From contig OZ253494.1 of the NCBI GenBank assembly GCA_965262015.1, positions 1,402,720 through 1,466,719 of the forward strand: a stretch of 64,000 nt of DNA, read 5' to 3'. The notes under the pieces were generated by a model. That model saw nothing but the letters and a program-made list of their open reading frames with translations, made no database searches and was not told the origin of the DNA. The position numbers were made by a program, and so were the translations under genes. Positions 24,273 to 32,289 of this stretch are shown in pieces; the first letter of the stretch is position 1; each line of letters begins with the position of its first letter. The DNA comes from Leptospiria bacterium (GTDB taxonomy: Bacteria > Spirochaetota > Leptospiria > Turneriellales > CBDBES01).

Positions 24273-24506
24273 CGAGAAATTAGCATTTGCTCTGGACAGA
24301 AATAGGCCTGGCTTAGCCTAGTATCTTTATCTCATACAGGACAGTAGATTTTGATAGATTGATTTTTTGAGCTATTTTTCTATAGCTTATATGTTCTAAT
24401 AAATCCTTCTGTATATTTTTATTGGCTGTTCTACTTATTTTTCATCTTTTTAAGAAAAACAGCTCATGAATACCTTAAACCGTCCAGGGTTGAACTGGCC
24501 TTTCCA
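24273..24506 (-). mobile_element. MITE-like IS30 derivative closing the array
   Basis: It has the same architecture as the other boundary elements but is more diverged (GAGCTATTTTTCTATAGCTTAT). It ends ...CCAGGGTTGAACTGGCCTTTCCA. No leader palindrome follows it. Confidence 0.55.
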
Positions 24507-24587
24507 GATTTTTCAATAGTTTCTGTACAATATAGATAAAAAAATCTTGTCAAAATGCTAAAATATTTAAATTGATTACTAATCTTG

Positions 24588-25508
24588 ATGTATAAAGCTG
24601 TTGTATTTACGGGACAAGGTTCACAACGCCCTGGTATGGGTAAGGATTTCTATGAAAACTTCCCAAGGGCAAAGGAGATTTTTGATCAAGCATCTGAAAA
24701 TCTTGGAATTGATATTCCTGAGTTATGTTTTACAGAGAATACCCAAGTTAATCTTACTGAATATACCCAACCAAGTATTCTTACAGTAGAAATCGCCATA
24801 TATGAAGTTTTAAAACAACAATATAATTTTACGCCTGAATGGTTTGCCGGGCATAGCCTTGGTGAATATGGAGCTCTTTATGCAGCTGGTGTGCTTCCAT
24901 TCCCAGAAGTCATTTCTATTGTGCGTGAAAGAGGCAGACTCATGCAAAATGCTGTCCCAAAGGGTAAAGGTGCCATGTCTGCTTTAATTCGTGATAATAT
25001 TACAGAATTAGATTACGAGTCTGTTGTTTTGTCGACAGGTGCCGAGATCGCTAATTACAATTCTACTAATCAAGTTGTCATAAGTGGTTCTATGGAGTCT
25101 GTTACTCAGGCAAATGAGTTAATTCATTCACAATTTTCTGATGTAAGAGTTGTACCCCTTAATGTCAGTGCTCCCTTCCATTCAAGCTTAATGCAACCTA
25201 TTGAGGCAGAATTTAGTTCTTATCTTGAAGGGTTATCATCTACGTTTAACCTAGAAAAAAGTTGTAAGGTATTATCAAACTATACGGGAAAATTACATCA
25301 GCCTGAACTTATGATAAAAAATCTGGTTGCACAAATTAGTGGAAGTATCAGATGGATGCAAAACATGGAATATCTGGCAAAACATGCACAAGATATCTAT
25401 GAAATAGGGCCCAATCGTATTTTGACTGGTTTTTTTAACAGTATAGATGTTAAGGTTAGGGCCATTATTAACGTACGGGCTTTACGTAAAATATTTGAGG
25501 AGAACTAA
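24588..25508 (+). CDS. fabD: Malonyl-CoA:ACP transacylase
   Basis: The motifs FTGQGSQRPGMG, GHSLGEYGAL and APFHS are present. The ATG at 24588 lies one codon inside the track TTG start. Confidence 0.85.
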   Translation: MYKAVVFTGQGSQRPGMGKDFYENFPRAKEIFDQASENLGIDIPELCFTENTQVNLTEYTQPSILTVEIAIYEVLKQQYNFTPEWFAGHSLGEYGALYAAGVLPFPEVISIVRERGRLMQNAVPKGKGAMSALIRDNITELDYESVVLSTGAEIANYNSTNQVVISGSMESVTQANELIHSQFSDVRVVPLNVSAPFHSSLMQPIEAEFSSYLEGLSSTFNLEKSCKVLSNYTGKLHQPELMIKNLVAQISGSIRWMQNMEYLAKHAQDIYEIGPNRILTGFFNSIDVKVRAIINVRALRKIFEEN

Positions 25509-26443
25509 TGAGTTTTAAAAATAAATGGGCTTTAATTTTAGGTGGTTCTAGTGGGTTTGGTTTGCAAACAGCTAAAAAACTTAGTAGCCAGGGCATGAAT
25601 ATTTGTGTTGTACATCGTGATCGACGTGGTGCAATGGAAAGAATTAATAAAGAATTTCAAGAGATTCGTGATAATAAGGTAAAACTTATCTCCTATAATG
25701 AAAATGCTCTAGAGAAAGAAGTACAAGAAAAGATCTTAGATGATTTTACCAAACAAGTAGGGAAAGGTCAAATAGGTTTGCTCATGCACTCGATAGCATT
25801 AGGAAATTTAAAATTACTAGCCCCTAGAAAACAAACTATTTCACCTAATCAAATGGCCGTAGGAAAGCTAGCCGAAGCATTACAAATCTCTGAAAAACAA
25901 TTACAGACACAAATCAATACTCTTTTTGAACAAGGTCTGTATTCTTTCCATTCTTTATCAGAAAGTCCAGTGTATAATGATGAGTTATTGCTAGGTGATG
26001 AAGATATTGCAAATACTGCCTATGCTATGGGAACTAGTTTGATCACTTGGGTTCAAGAACTTTTTACAAGAGAATTATTTGCAGATTATGTACAAGTCGT
26101 TGGTTTAACTAGCGAAGGTAATGAAGTAGCATGGTTAGGATATGCAGCTGTTAGTATTGCAAAATGTGCATTAGAAGCTGCCTCACGAAGTATTGCAAGA
26201 GAGTTTGCTCCTTATGGCATTCGTTCAAATATTATTCAGGCAGGTGTTACTTACACACCCGCCTTACAATTTATACCAGGTAGCTCTCATATTGTAGCCA
26301 AAGCTTTTCTTTCTCAACCTGGCGGGCGTCTTACTCAACCATCTGATGTGGCCAATGTAATATCTTTGTTGTGTACACAAGAAGCCTACTGGATTAATGG
26401 TAGTTTAATTAAGGTGGACTGTGGAGAAAGTATTTCCAAGTAA
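25508..26443 (+). CDS. SDR-family enoyl-ACP reductase-like protein (FabI/FabL-like with a ~60-aa insertion)
   Basis: It has an N-terminal ILGGSSGFG nucleotide-binding loop. The Y-x6-K spacing in YAAVSIAKCALEAASRSIAREFAPYGIRSNIIQAG matches the enoyl reductase pattern rather than the classic Y-x3-K. The start overlaps the fabD stop (TAATG) and follows a GAGGAG SD. Confidence 0.55.
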   Translation: MSFKNKWALILGGSSGFGLQTAKKLSSQGMNICVVHRDRRGAMERINKEFQEIRDNKVKLISYNENALEKEVQEKILDDFTKQVGKGQIGLLMHSIALGNLKLLAPRKQTISPNQMAVGKLAEALQISEKQLQTQINTLFEQGLYSFHSLSESPVYNDELLLGDEDIANTAYAMGTSLITWVQELFTRELFADYVQVVGLTSEGNEVAWLGYAAVSIAKCALEAASRSIAREFAPYGIRSNIIQAGVTYTPALQFIPGSSHIVAKAFLSQPGGRLTQPSDVANVISLLCTQEAYWINGSLIKVDCGESISK

Positions 26444-26452
26444 GGGGGAGAT

Positions 26453-27187
26453 ATGCCAGATAAAGTAGCATTAGTTACAGGTGGTAGCGGTGCAATTGGT
26501 TTTGCATGTTGCCAAGCGTTATCAAACCTTGGTTTTAAGATAGTATTACACTATAAATCTTCTCAAGAAAAAGCGGAAAAATTGGCAAGCACCTTGCAAA
26601 ATGTTGAGTTATTGCAGGCTAATCTTGAACAAACAGATGATATAGATAAAGTTTATAATTATTTTAAAACAAGCCAATCAGGTAATATTGATGTACTTGT
26701 TAATAATGCTGGTATTGCCATTGATAATCCATTTTTTAGTGCAAGTCTAAAAGACTATGAAATGACAATGAATACAAACACACGAGCTACCTGGTACCTC
26801 ACAAAACGATTATCTCGTTTTATGATACGAAAAAAAGCAGGTAGAATTATTAATATTTCTAGCGTGATTGGCAGTATCCCTAATCCTACCCAATCTATTT
26901 ATTCAATGAGCAAGGCAGCTATTAATGCTTTTACAAGAACGGTTGCTTTAGAAATGGCACCCTATAATATTTTAGTTAACAGCGTTGCACCAGGTTTTAT
27001 TGAATCTGATATGACGGTAAATACGATCAAGGGTGAACATAAAGATATGGTGCTAAATAATATACCACTTCATCGAATAGGCCAGCCAGAAGAGGTTGCA
27101 CAATGTGTTGCTTTTTTATCCAATTCAGCAACATACTGTACAGGCAGTGTATTGCATGTCAATGGTGGCTTATTCTGTAATAGCTAG
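26453..27187 (+). CDS. fabG: 3-oxoacyl-ACP reductase
   Basis: The segments ALVTGGSGAIG, NNAG, and S...YSMSKAAINAFTRTVALEMAPYNILVNSVAPGFIESDM give the classic SDR Y-x3-K pattern. Confidence 0.85.
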   Translation: MPDKVALVTGGSGAIGFACCQALSNLGFKIVLHYKSSQEKAEKLASTLQNVELLQANLEQTDDIDKVYNYFKTSQSGNIDVLVNNAGIAIDNPFFSASLKDYEMTMNTNTRATWYLTKRLSRFMIRKKAGRIINISSVIGSIPNPTQSIYSMSKAAINAFTRTVALEMAPYNILVNSVAPGFIESDMTVNTIKGEHKDMVLNNIPLHRIGQPEEVAQCVAFLSNSATYCTGSVLHVNGGLFCNS

Positions 27188-27205
27188 GGAGATATATGCA
27201 TAGAC

Positions 27206-28498
27206 ATGAGTAATCTTGCACAAAATAATCGTAGAGTTGTAATCACTGGAATGGGTGTTATAACTTCTAATGGGCATGGTCTCAAAGAGTTTGAAAAATC
27301 ACTCCGTAATTCTATTAGTGGAATTCGTTTTGTAGATAAAATGGCCGAGCTTAATTTTCGTTGCCATGTTGCTGGAAAGATACAAAACTTAGAAGCTAAA
27401 CTCGGAGATTATTTTACTCCTGATGATCTGTTAGGCATGGATAAAGCAATGTGTTATACCAGTATGGCTGGTATGGATGCTTGGCGAGATGCTGGTTTGA
27501 TAATTGATCGTGATTCTAGCAAAGAAGCCCATTCAGATACTGGTTGTATTGTTGGTTGTGGCATAAGTGGTGTGGATGTCATGATTAATGAGCTTGCCCC
27601 TAAAGTAAATAGTGCTAAAATACGTCGCGCTGGATCAACACTCGTAGAGAGAATTATGGCCAGTGGACCTTCAGCTAAGTTAGGTGGCATATTGGGGATA
27701 GGTGGCCAATTAACTAGTAATAGCAGTGCTTGTACAACAGGTGTTGAGTCAGTTATAGATGGATTTTATAAAATTAAGTACGGTTTATTTGATAGGGCAT
27801 TAGTTGGCAGTGGAGAAAATGATTCTATCTATGTGCATGGTGCCTTTGATGCAATGAGGGTACTCAATTCAAATAATAATGATGCACCAGAGAAGGCATC
27901 TCGTCCTTTAAGCCAGAGTGCTGGTGGTTTTATCCCAGGTTCAGGTTCAGGCAGTTTATTTTTAGAAACGTTAGAAAGTGCTAAACAACGAAATGCTAGA
28001 ATCTATACTGAAATTATAGGGGCCTCTATCAATTGTGGTGGCCAGAGACAGGGGGGCTCCATGACAGCTCCCAACATGCATGCCGTACAAAAATGTATAC
28101 GAAGTGCAGTGGACTATGCCCAAATCAAAAGTACAGATATTGATTATATTAATGGTCATTTAACAGCAACCATGGCCGATCCATTTGAAATTAATAATTG
28201 GAAAGAGGCGTTGTCTCTAGAACCCTCTAATTTTCCCTATGTTAATTCTACAAAATCTTTAATTGGACATGCTCTTGGTGGGGCAGGTAGTATAGAATTA
28301 GTGGCTACTATTTTACAGATGCATAATTCCTTTATACACAAATCCCTTAACTGTGAAGATATACATGAAAAAATATTACCCTACGAAAAAAGTATTGTGC
28401 GAGAAACCAGAGAGCATAATATTAATATTGCAGCAAAAGCAAGCTTTGGCTTTGGTGATGTAAATGGTTGTGTTATCTTGAAAAAATGGGATGGTTAG
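27206..28498 (+). CDS. Beta-ketoacyl synthase (KAS I/II-type, divergent)
   Basis: It has RVVITGMGVITSNG, an active-site Cys in NSSACTTG, a His in NGHLTAT, and a second His in IGHALGGAGSIE. It is divergent from canonical FabF, which has HGTGT. Confidence 0.8.
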   Translation: MSNLAQNNRRVVITGMGVITSNGHGLKEFEKSLRNSISGIRFVDKMAELNFRCHVAGKIQNLEAKLGDYFTPDDLLGMDKAMCYTSMAGMDAWRDAGLIIDRDSSKEAHSDTGCIVGCGISGVDVMINELAPKVNSAKIRRAGSTLVERIMASGPSAKLGGILGIGGQLTSNSSACTTGVESVIDGFYKIKYGLFDRALVGSGENDSIYVHGAFDAMRVLNSNNNDAPEKASRPLSQSAGGFIPGSGSGSLFLETLESAKQRNARIYTEIIGASINCGGQRQGGSMTAPNMHAVQKCIRSAVDYAQIKSTDIDYINGHLTATMADPFEINNWKEALSLEPSNFPYVNSTKSLIGHALGGAGSIELVATILQMHNSFIHKSLNCEDIHEKILPYEKSIVRETREHNINIAAKASFGFGDVNGCVILKKWDG

Positions 28499-29219
28499 TA
28501 GGCGTTTTGTTGGTAATGATCTAGTCGATTTATCTGATACTGATACCCCATACAAAGTAGACGATATTCGTTATTGCCAGCGTATTTTTAACCAAGATGA
28601 ACGATTACAGATAGCGGATGCCACTGACCCCCATATAACATTATGGACTTTTTGGGCACTTAAAGAAGCTGCCTATAAAGCTTTAAAGCAGTATGATAAC
28701 AAAATAATATTTATACCTAAACAGTTGTATATATTGGTAAATAAATCTCTTGTTTGCTATAAAGATATGGCTATGCAATATCATATAGAACACATGCCAA
28801 ATCAATATATCCATGTTATTGTACAATTGAATAGGCCTGCATATAATAAGCAAGAAAACTGGTGGCCTGCATTACTTGTCATAGATACAATAGAAAATAT
28901 AAAATTACATATGAAAGGTATTAATGCCTTAGATAAATATACACATCTTTATCTAAGTGATTTTTTTATTAAAAAAAATATAGCTTTATTATTTGGTGAG
29001 TTAGTAAATGATATGCTAATTAAACGTGTTGCTCGTATCCCTCAGTTATTTTGGAAAGAGCCAAAAGGCACTGATCTTGTTTCCTCTAGCATATCTTTTT
29101 CTTTAAGTCATCACGGTATTTATATTAGTTTTGTAATTTTATTAAACTTATCTGGTACACACACTACGGTTGGAGAGTTAGCTATCGGTTCTGGACAAAA
29201 AGACCATACTTCTCTTTAA
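28491..29219 (+). CDS. 4'-phosphopantetheinyl transferase superfamily protein
   Basis: The N-terminal GNDLVDL and the segment WTFWALKEAAYKAL match PPTase motifs. The gene overlaps the KS gene by 8 nt. Confidence 0.55.
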   Translation: MVSRRFVGNDLVDLSDTDTPYKVDDIRYCQRIFNQDERLQIADATDPHITLWTFWALKEAAYKALKQYDNKIIFIPKQLYILVNKSLVCYKDMAMQYHIEHMPNQYIHVIVQLNRPAYNKQENWWPALLVIDTIENIKLHMKGINALDKYTHLYLSDFFIKKNIALLFGELVNDMLIKRVARIPQLFWKEPKGTDLVSSSISFSLSHHGIYISFVILLNLSGTHTTVGELAIGSGQKDHTSL

Positions 29220-29263
29220 ACTTTTTGACACCACATGAAAAATCTTACGAATCTATGAAAGTA

Positions 29264-29304
29264 GCTTAGGGGACAAGTGTAACATATCTCCATAGGTTCT
29301 ACAC
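29264..29304 (-). repeat. Inverted partner of the 569-610 repeat core
   Basis: The reverse complement GTGTAGAACCTATGGAGATATGTTACACTTGTCCCCTAAGC matches 569-610 at about 37/42 positions. The adjacent 29333-29388 is about 77% similar to 55588-55645. Confidence 0.7.
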
Positions 29305-29393
29305 ATAAAAGTATTAGGCTACTTGACATCCAATGAGGTATTTAAAGAGTGAAGACAATTTTTGTACTCTAAAATAGAACTTACAAATTATTT

Positions 29394-29570
29394 ATGAAAG
29401 AGACTACACAATATAAATTTCTTAGTTGCCAAAAGTGTAATGCTATTGTAGATAAAGTGTACCAAAGTTTTTATTGTAAAAAATGTTTACTAAAATCATT
29501 TGAAAAATTAAGACCACTCCTGACTAAAGCACATGCTTTACAAGATACTAGTATAAACAAATCTGGTTAG
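29394..29570 (+). CDS. Small (58 aa) putative zinc-ribbon protein, below the ORF-track length cutoff
   Basis: My own translation is MKETTQYKFLSCQKCNAIVDKVYQSFYCKKCLLKSFEKLRPLLTKAHALQDTSINKSG. It contains two CxxC pairs 13 residues apart and ends 7 nt before ybaB. Confidence 0.35.
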   Translation: MKETTQYKFLSCQKCNAIVDKVYQSFYCKKCLLKSFEKLRPLLTKAHALQDTSINKSG

Positions 29571-29577
29571 ATTCTTT

Positions 29578-29898
29578 ATGAATAGTTTTTTTGACATGAA
29601 GTCTTTGTTGTCTCAGATAGGCCCTTTGCAGAAGTATGCTAGTAAATGGGAAAGTACTTTAAAAAATATTACAGCTAAATCCGAGACAGGTGGTGGCATG
29701 GTGAAGGTTGTAGTAAATGGTGAAGGTCACTTGATAGATTTGGTAATTGATACCCAATTACTAGAAAAAGATGAAATAGTTGTTTTACCCCGCCTTATTA
29801 AAGAAGCTATTAATGACGCACAAACAAAAGTTAAACAAGAAGTGAATAATAAATTAAAAGATTTGGCGACTGAATTACCTTTTAATATGACTTCATAA
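29578..29898 (+). CDS. ybaB: Nucleoid-associated protein YbaB/EbfC
   Basis: This 106-aa protein contains GGGMVKVVVNGEGHLIDLVID and lies immediately upstream of recR, which is the conserved pairing. Confidence 0.85.
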   Translation: MNSFFDMKSLLSQIGPLQKYASKWESTLKNITAKSETGGGMVKVVVNGEGHLIDLVIDTQLLEKDEIVVLPRLIKEAINDAQTKVKQEVNNKLKDLATELPFNMTS

Positions 29899-30507
29899 AT
29901 GTTATCTGATTTTTTACATACAGCTAAATTTTTTTCCTCATTGCCTGGTATTGGGCATGCATCAGCTTACAGGATAGCATTTTATTTATTAAAACAACCT
30001 CAAAAAAATATTCAGCACTTCGCCGACCAGCTTGTTAAATTTCATGCGAATATTCAATATTGTGTTATATGTGGTGCTTTAAAGGAGACAATGCAAAAAT
30101 GTGTATATTGTTGCTCTGAAGAAAGGGATAAAACAATTCTTTGTGTCGTCGAAGAACCCTCAGATATCTACCTAATAGAAGAGACAAATATTTTTCGAGG
30201 AATTTATCATGTAATCATGGGAGCTTTGTCTCCAATAGAAGGTATAACACCAGAGGATTTACGCATCAAAGAACTTATCTATCGTGTAAAAGAAGAATCA
30301 CCTATTGAAGAGATAATTTTAGCAACCAATCCAACTATAGAAGGCAATGCCACAGCATACTATATCATAGAAACGTTAAAGCAATACAAGCCTAATATGC
30401 GTTTCAGCCGCATTTCTAGTGGTCTGGCCATGGGATCTAAGCTTGATTACGCTGATGTTCATATATTAGCTGATTCTATAGAAAATCGCAATATTATTCA
30501 TGTCTGA
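29899..30507 (+). CDS. recR: Recombination protein RecR
   Basis: It has LPGIG, the zinc finger CVICGAL...CVYC, and a Toprim-like region ILCVVEEPSD. Confidence 0.9.
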   Translation: MLSDFLHTAKFFSSLPGIGHASAYRIAFYLLKQPQKNIQHFADQLVKFHANIQYCVICGALKETMQKCVYCCSEERDKTILCVVEEPSDIYLIEETNIFRGIYHVIMGALSPIEGITPEDLRIKELIYRVKEESPIEEIILATNPTIEGNATAYYIIETLKQYKPNMRFSRISSGLAMGSKLDYADVHILADSIENRNIIHV

Positions 30508-31198
30508 TATTATAAGTATTATTATACCAGCTTTTAATGAAGAAGAATCAATTGGTAAAGTTATCCAAGAACTAAAAAAAACAGGGTATAATCTTCATAT
30601 CATTGTATGTAATAATAATTCTACAGATAACACGGTAGTAGTTGCCCAACAATATGGAGCGTTTGTAATAGATGAGCCACGTAGGGGTTATGGTTCTGCC
30701 TGTTTAAAGGGGATGTCTGTTATACCTGAAAAATCCCAAATTGTTGTTTTTATAGATGCTGATTATTCTGATTATCCCGAAGAATTACCTAAATTACTAT
30801 TACCTATCTTAGAAGATAAAGCAGACATAACGATTGGTTCCCGTAATTACGATCAACTGTCTCGCAAGGCTGTACCAACTCAAGCTAGATGGGGTAATGC
30901 TCTAGCAACTTATTTAATTTATTTATTCTGGGGGAAAAAATACTTAGACCTAGGTCCTTTTAGAGTTATCAAGAAAGATAAATTATTTGCATTGAATATG
31001 CGAGATACAAGTATGGGATGGACAGTTGAGATGCAAATTAAAGCTATTCTCAATCAATTACGAATAGTTGAAGTACCTGTTCGCTACCGTTCTAGGATAG
31101 GAATATCAAAAATTTCTGGTACCATCAAGGGTACCATTAAAGCAGGTATTAGTATTCTTCGGATTATTTTTATGTATAAAATTTTGAATTATTTATGA
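30500..31198 (+). CDS. Glycosyltransferase family 2
   Basis: It has ISIIIPAFNEEESIGKVI and the DADYSD (DxD) motif. It overlaps recR by 8 nt. Confidence 0.75.
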   Translation: MSDIISIIIPAFNEEESIGKVIQELKKTGYNLHIIVCNNNSTDNTVVVAQQYGAFVIDEPRRGYGSACLKGMSVIPEKSQIVVFIDADYSDYPEELPKLLLPILEDKADITIGSRNYDQLSRKAVPTQARWGNALATYLIYLFWGKKYLDLGPFRVIKKDKLFALNMRDTSMGWTVEMQIKAILNQLRIVEVPVRYRSRIGISKISGTIKGTIKAGISILRIIFMYKILNYL

Positions 31199-32202
31199 AA
31201 GCTTTTGCATTACAAAACTCTTTTGGTCTCTCTAATTTATGCATGGTAGAGGTTGATGATCTGCCTTTGCAAGCTAATGAAGTAAAAATAAAATTTCAAT
31301 CGCAGTCCATTAATTATAGAGATTTACTTATGATAGAAGGCCTTTATAATCCAAGGATTAAGTTACCTCTCATTCCACTATCCGATGGATCTGGTGTAGT
31401 TTGTGAAGTAGCTCCAGGGATATCCCAGTTTCAAGTGAATGATAAGGTTAGTCCTATCTTTGTCCAAAATTGGTTTCAGGGTAAGCTACCCTCTGATGCA
31501 ATGAAGTATACATTAGGCGGACCACTTAGAGGTACTTTGTCAGAATATGGTGTCTATAACGTAGATAATATAGTAAAAATACCTAATTATTTATCCTTTG
31601 AAGAGGCTGCAGCTCTACCCTGTGCCGCTCTTACTGCATGGAGTGCCTTGGTAACACATGCCCAAATTAAAAAGAATGATTATGTTTTGATACTTGGAAC
31701 AGGTGGTGTAGCTTTATTTGCCTTGCAAATCGCTAAAGCATTTGGGGCAAAAACGATTATTACATCAAGTAAGAAGGATAAATTTCCATTATTAACTGAT
31801 TTAGGAGCCAGCCATATTATTGATCGTAAACAATATCCTAATTGGTCAAAAGTTGTAAGAGAGATTACAGGTAAGCAAGGGGTTGATATTGTTGTTGAAT
31901 TAGGTGGACCAGGTACACTGCAACAATCCATTCAAGCTGTTCAAAATGGTGGTCATATTAGCTTAATTGGTGTTCTAAGTAATTCAAATGAAGTGCCTGC
32001 TCTATTACCAGTAATTATGCGTAATATTACGATACAAGGTATTTTAGTTGGTAACAAAAAACAGTATGTAGAAATGAATGAATTTTTTACAAAACATAAA
32101 TTACGTCCTATCATTGACCAGGCATTCTCTTTTGCACAATCACTTGAGGCTTTACAATATTTAAAATCACAGTCTCATTTTGGTAAAGTGTGCATTCACT
32201 AA
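31195..32202 (+). CDS. Zinc-type alcohol dehydrogenase/NADPH:quinone oxidoreductase family protein
   Basis: It is MDR-family, with the GTGGVALFALQIAKAFGA Rossmann motif. An ATGA overlap joins it to the upstream GT2 gene. Confidence 0.75.
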   Translation: MKAFALQNSFGLSNLCMVEVDDLPLQANEVKIKFQSQSINYRDLLMIEGLYNPRIKLPLIPLSDGSGVVCEVAPGISQFQVNDKVSPIFVQNWFQGKLPSDAMKYTLGGPLRGTLSEYGVYNVDNIVKIPNYLSFEEAAALPCAALTAWSALVTHAQIKKNDYVLILGTGGVALFALQIAKAFGAKTIITSSKKDKFPLLTDLGASHIIDRKQYPNWSKVVREITGKQGVDIVVELGGPGTLQQSIQAVQNGGHISLIGVLSNSNEVPALLPVIMRNITIQGILVGNKKQYVEMNEFFTKHKLRPIIDQAFSFAQSLEALQYLKSQSHFGKVCIH

Positions 32203-32289
32203 TTAAAGTCTGCTAAAATTATTTTTGGAATTACTATCGTATTAGAGAATATTTCTTGTAATTCTTATGTAATATAATTAGGATTACAT

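Larger units (their letters stand above)
12151..24506 (+). repeat. Segmental tandem array of four 2.87-3.20-kb units, each carrying one GLUG/TSP3 lipoprotein gene
   Basis: I set unit landmarks at GAGCTATTTTTCAATAGCTC at 12499, 15368, 18566 and 21497, with a degenerate fifth copy at 24369. Long stretches between units are identical or near-identical by direct reading. Confidence 0.9.

Noticed and set aside
12151-24506. A diversity-generating retroelement or a dedicated recombinase/invertase might drive variation of the array.
   Set aside because: I could find no reverse transcriptase, template repeat with adenine-specific differences, site-specific recombinase or invertible promoter in or next to the array. 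Variation appears to rest on homologous recombination among repeats.
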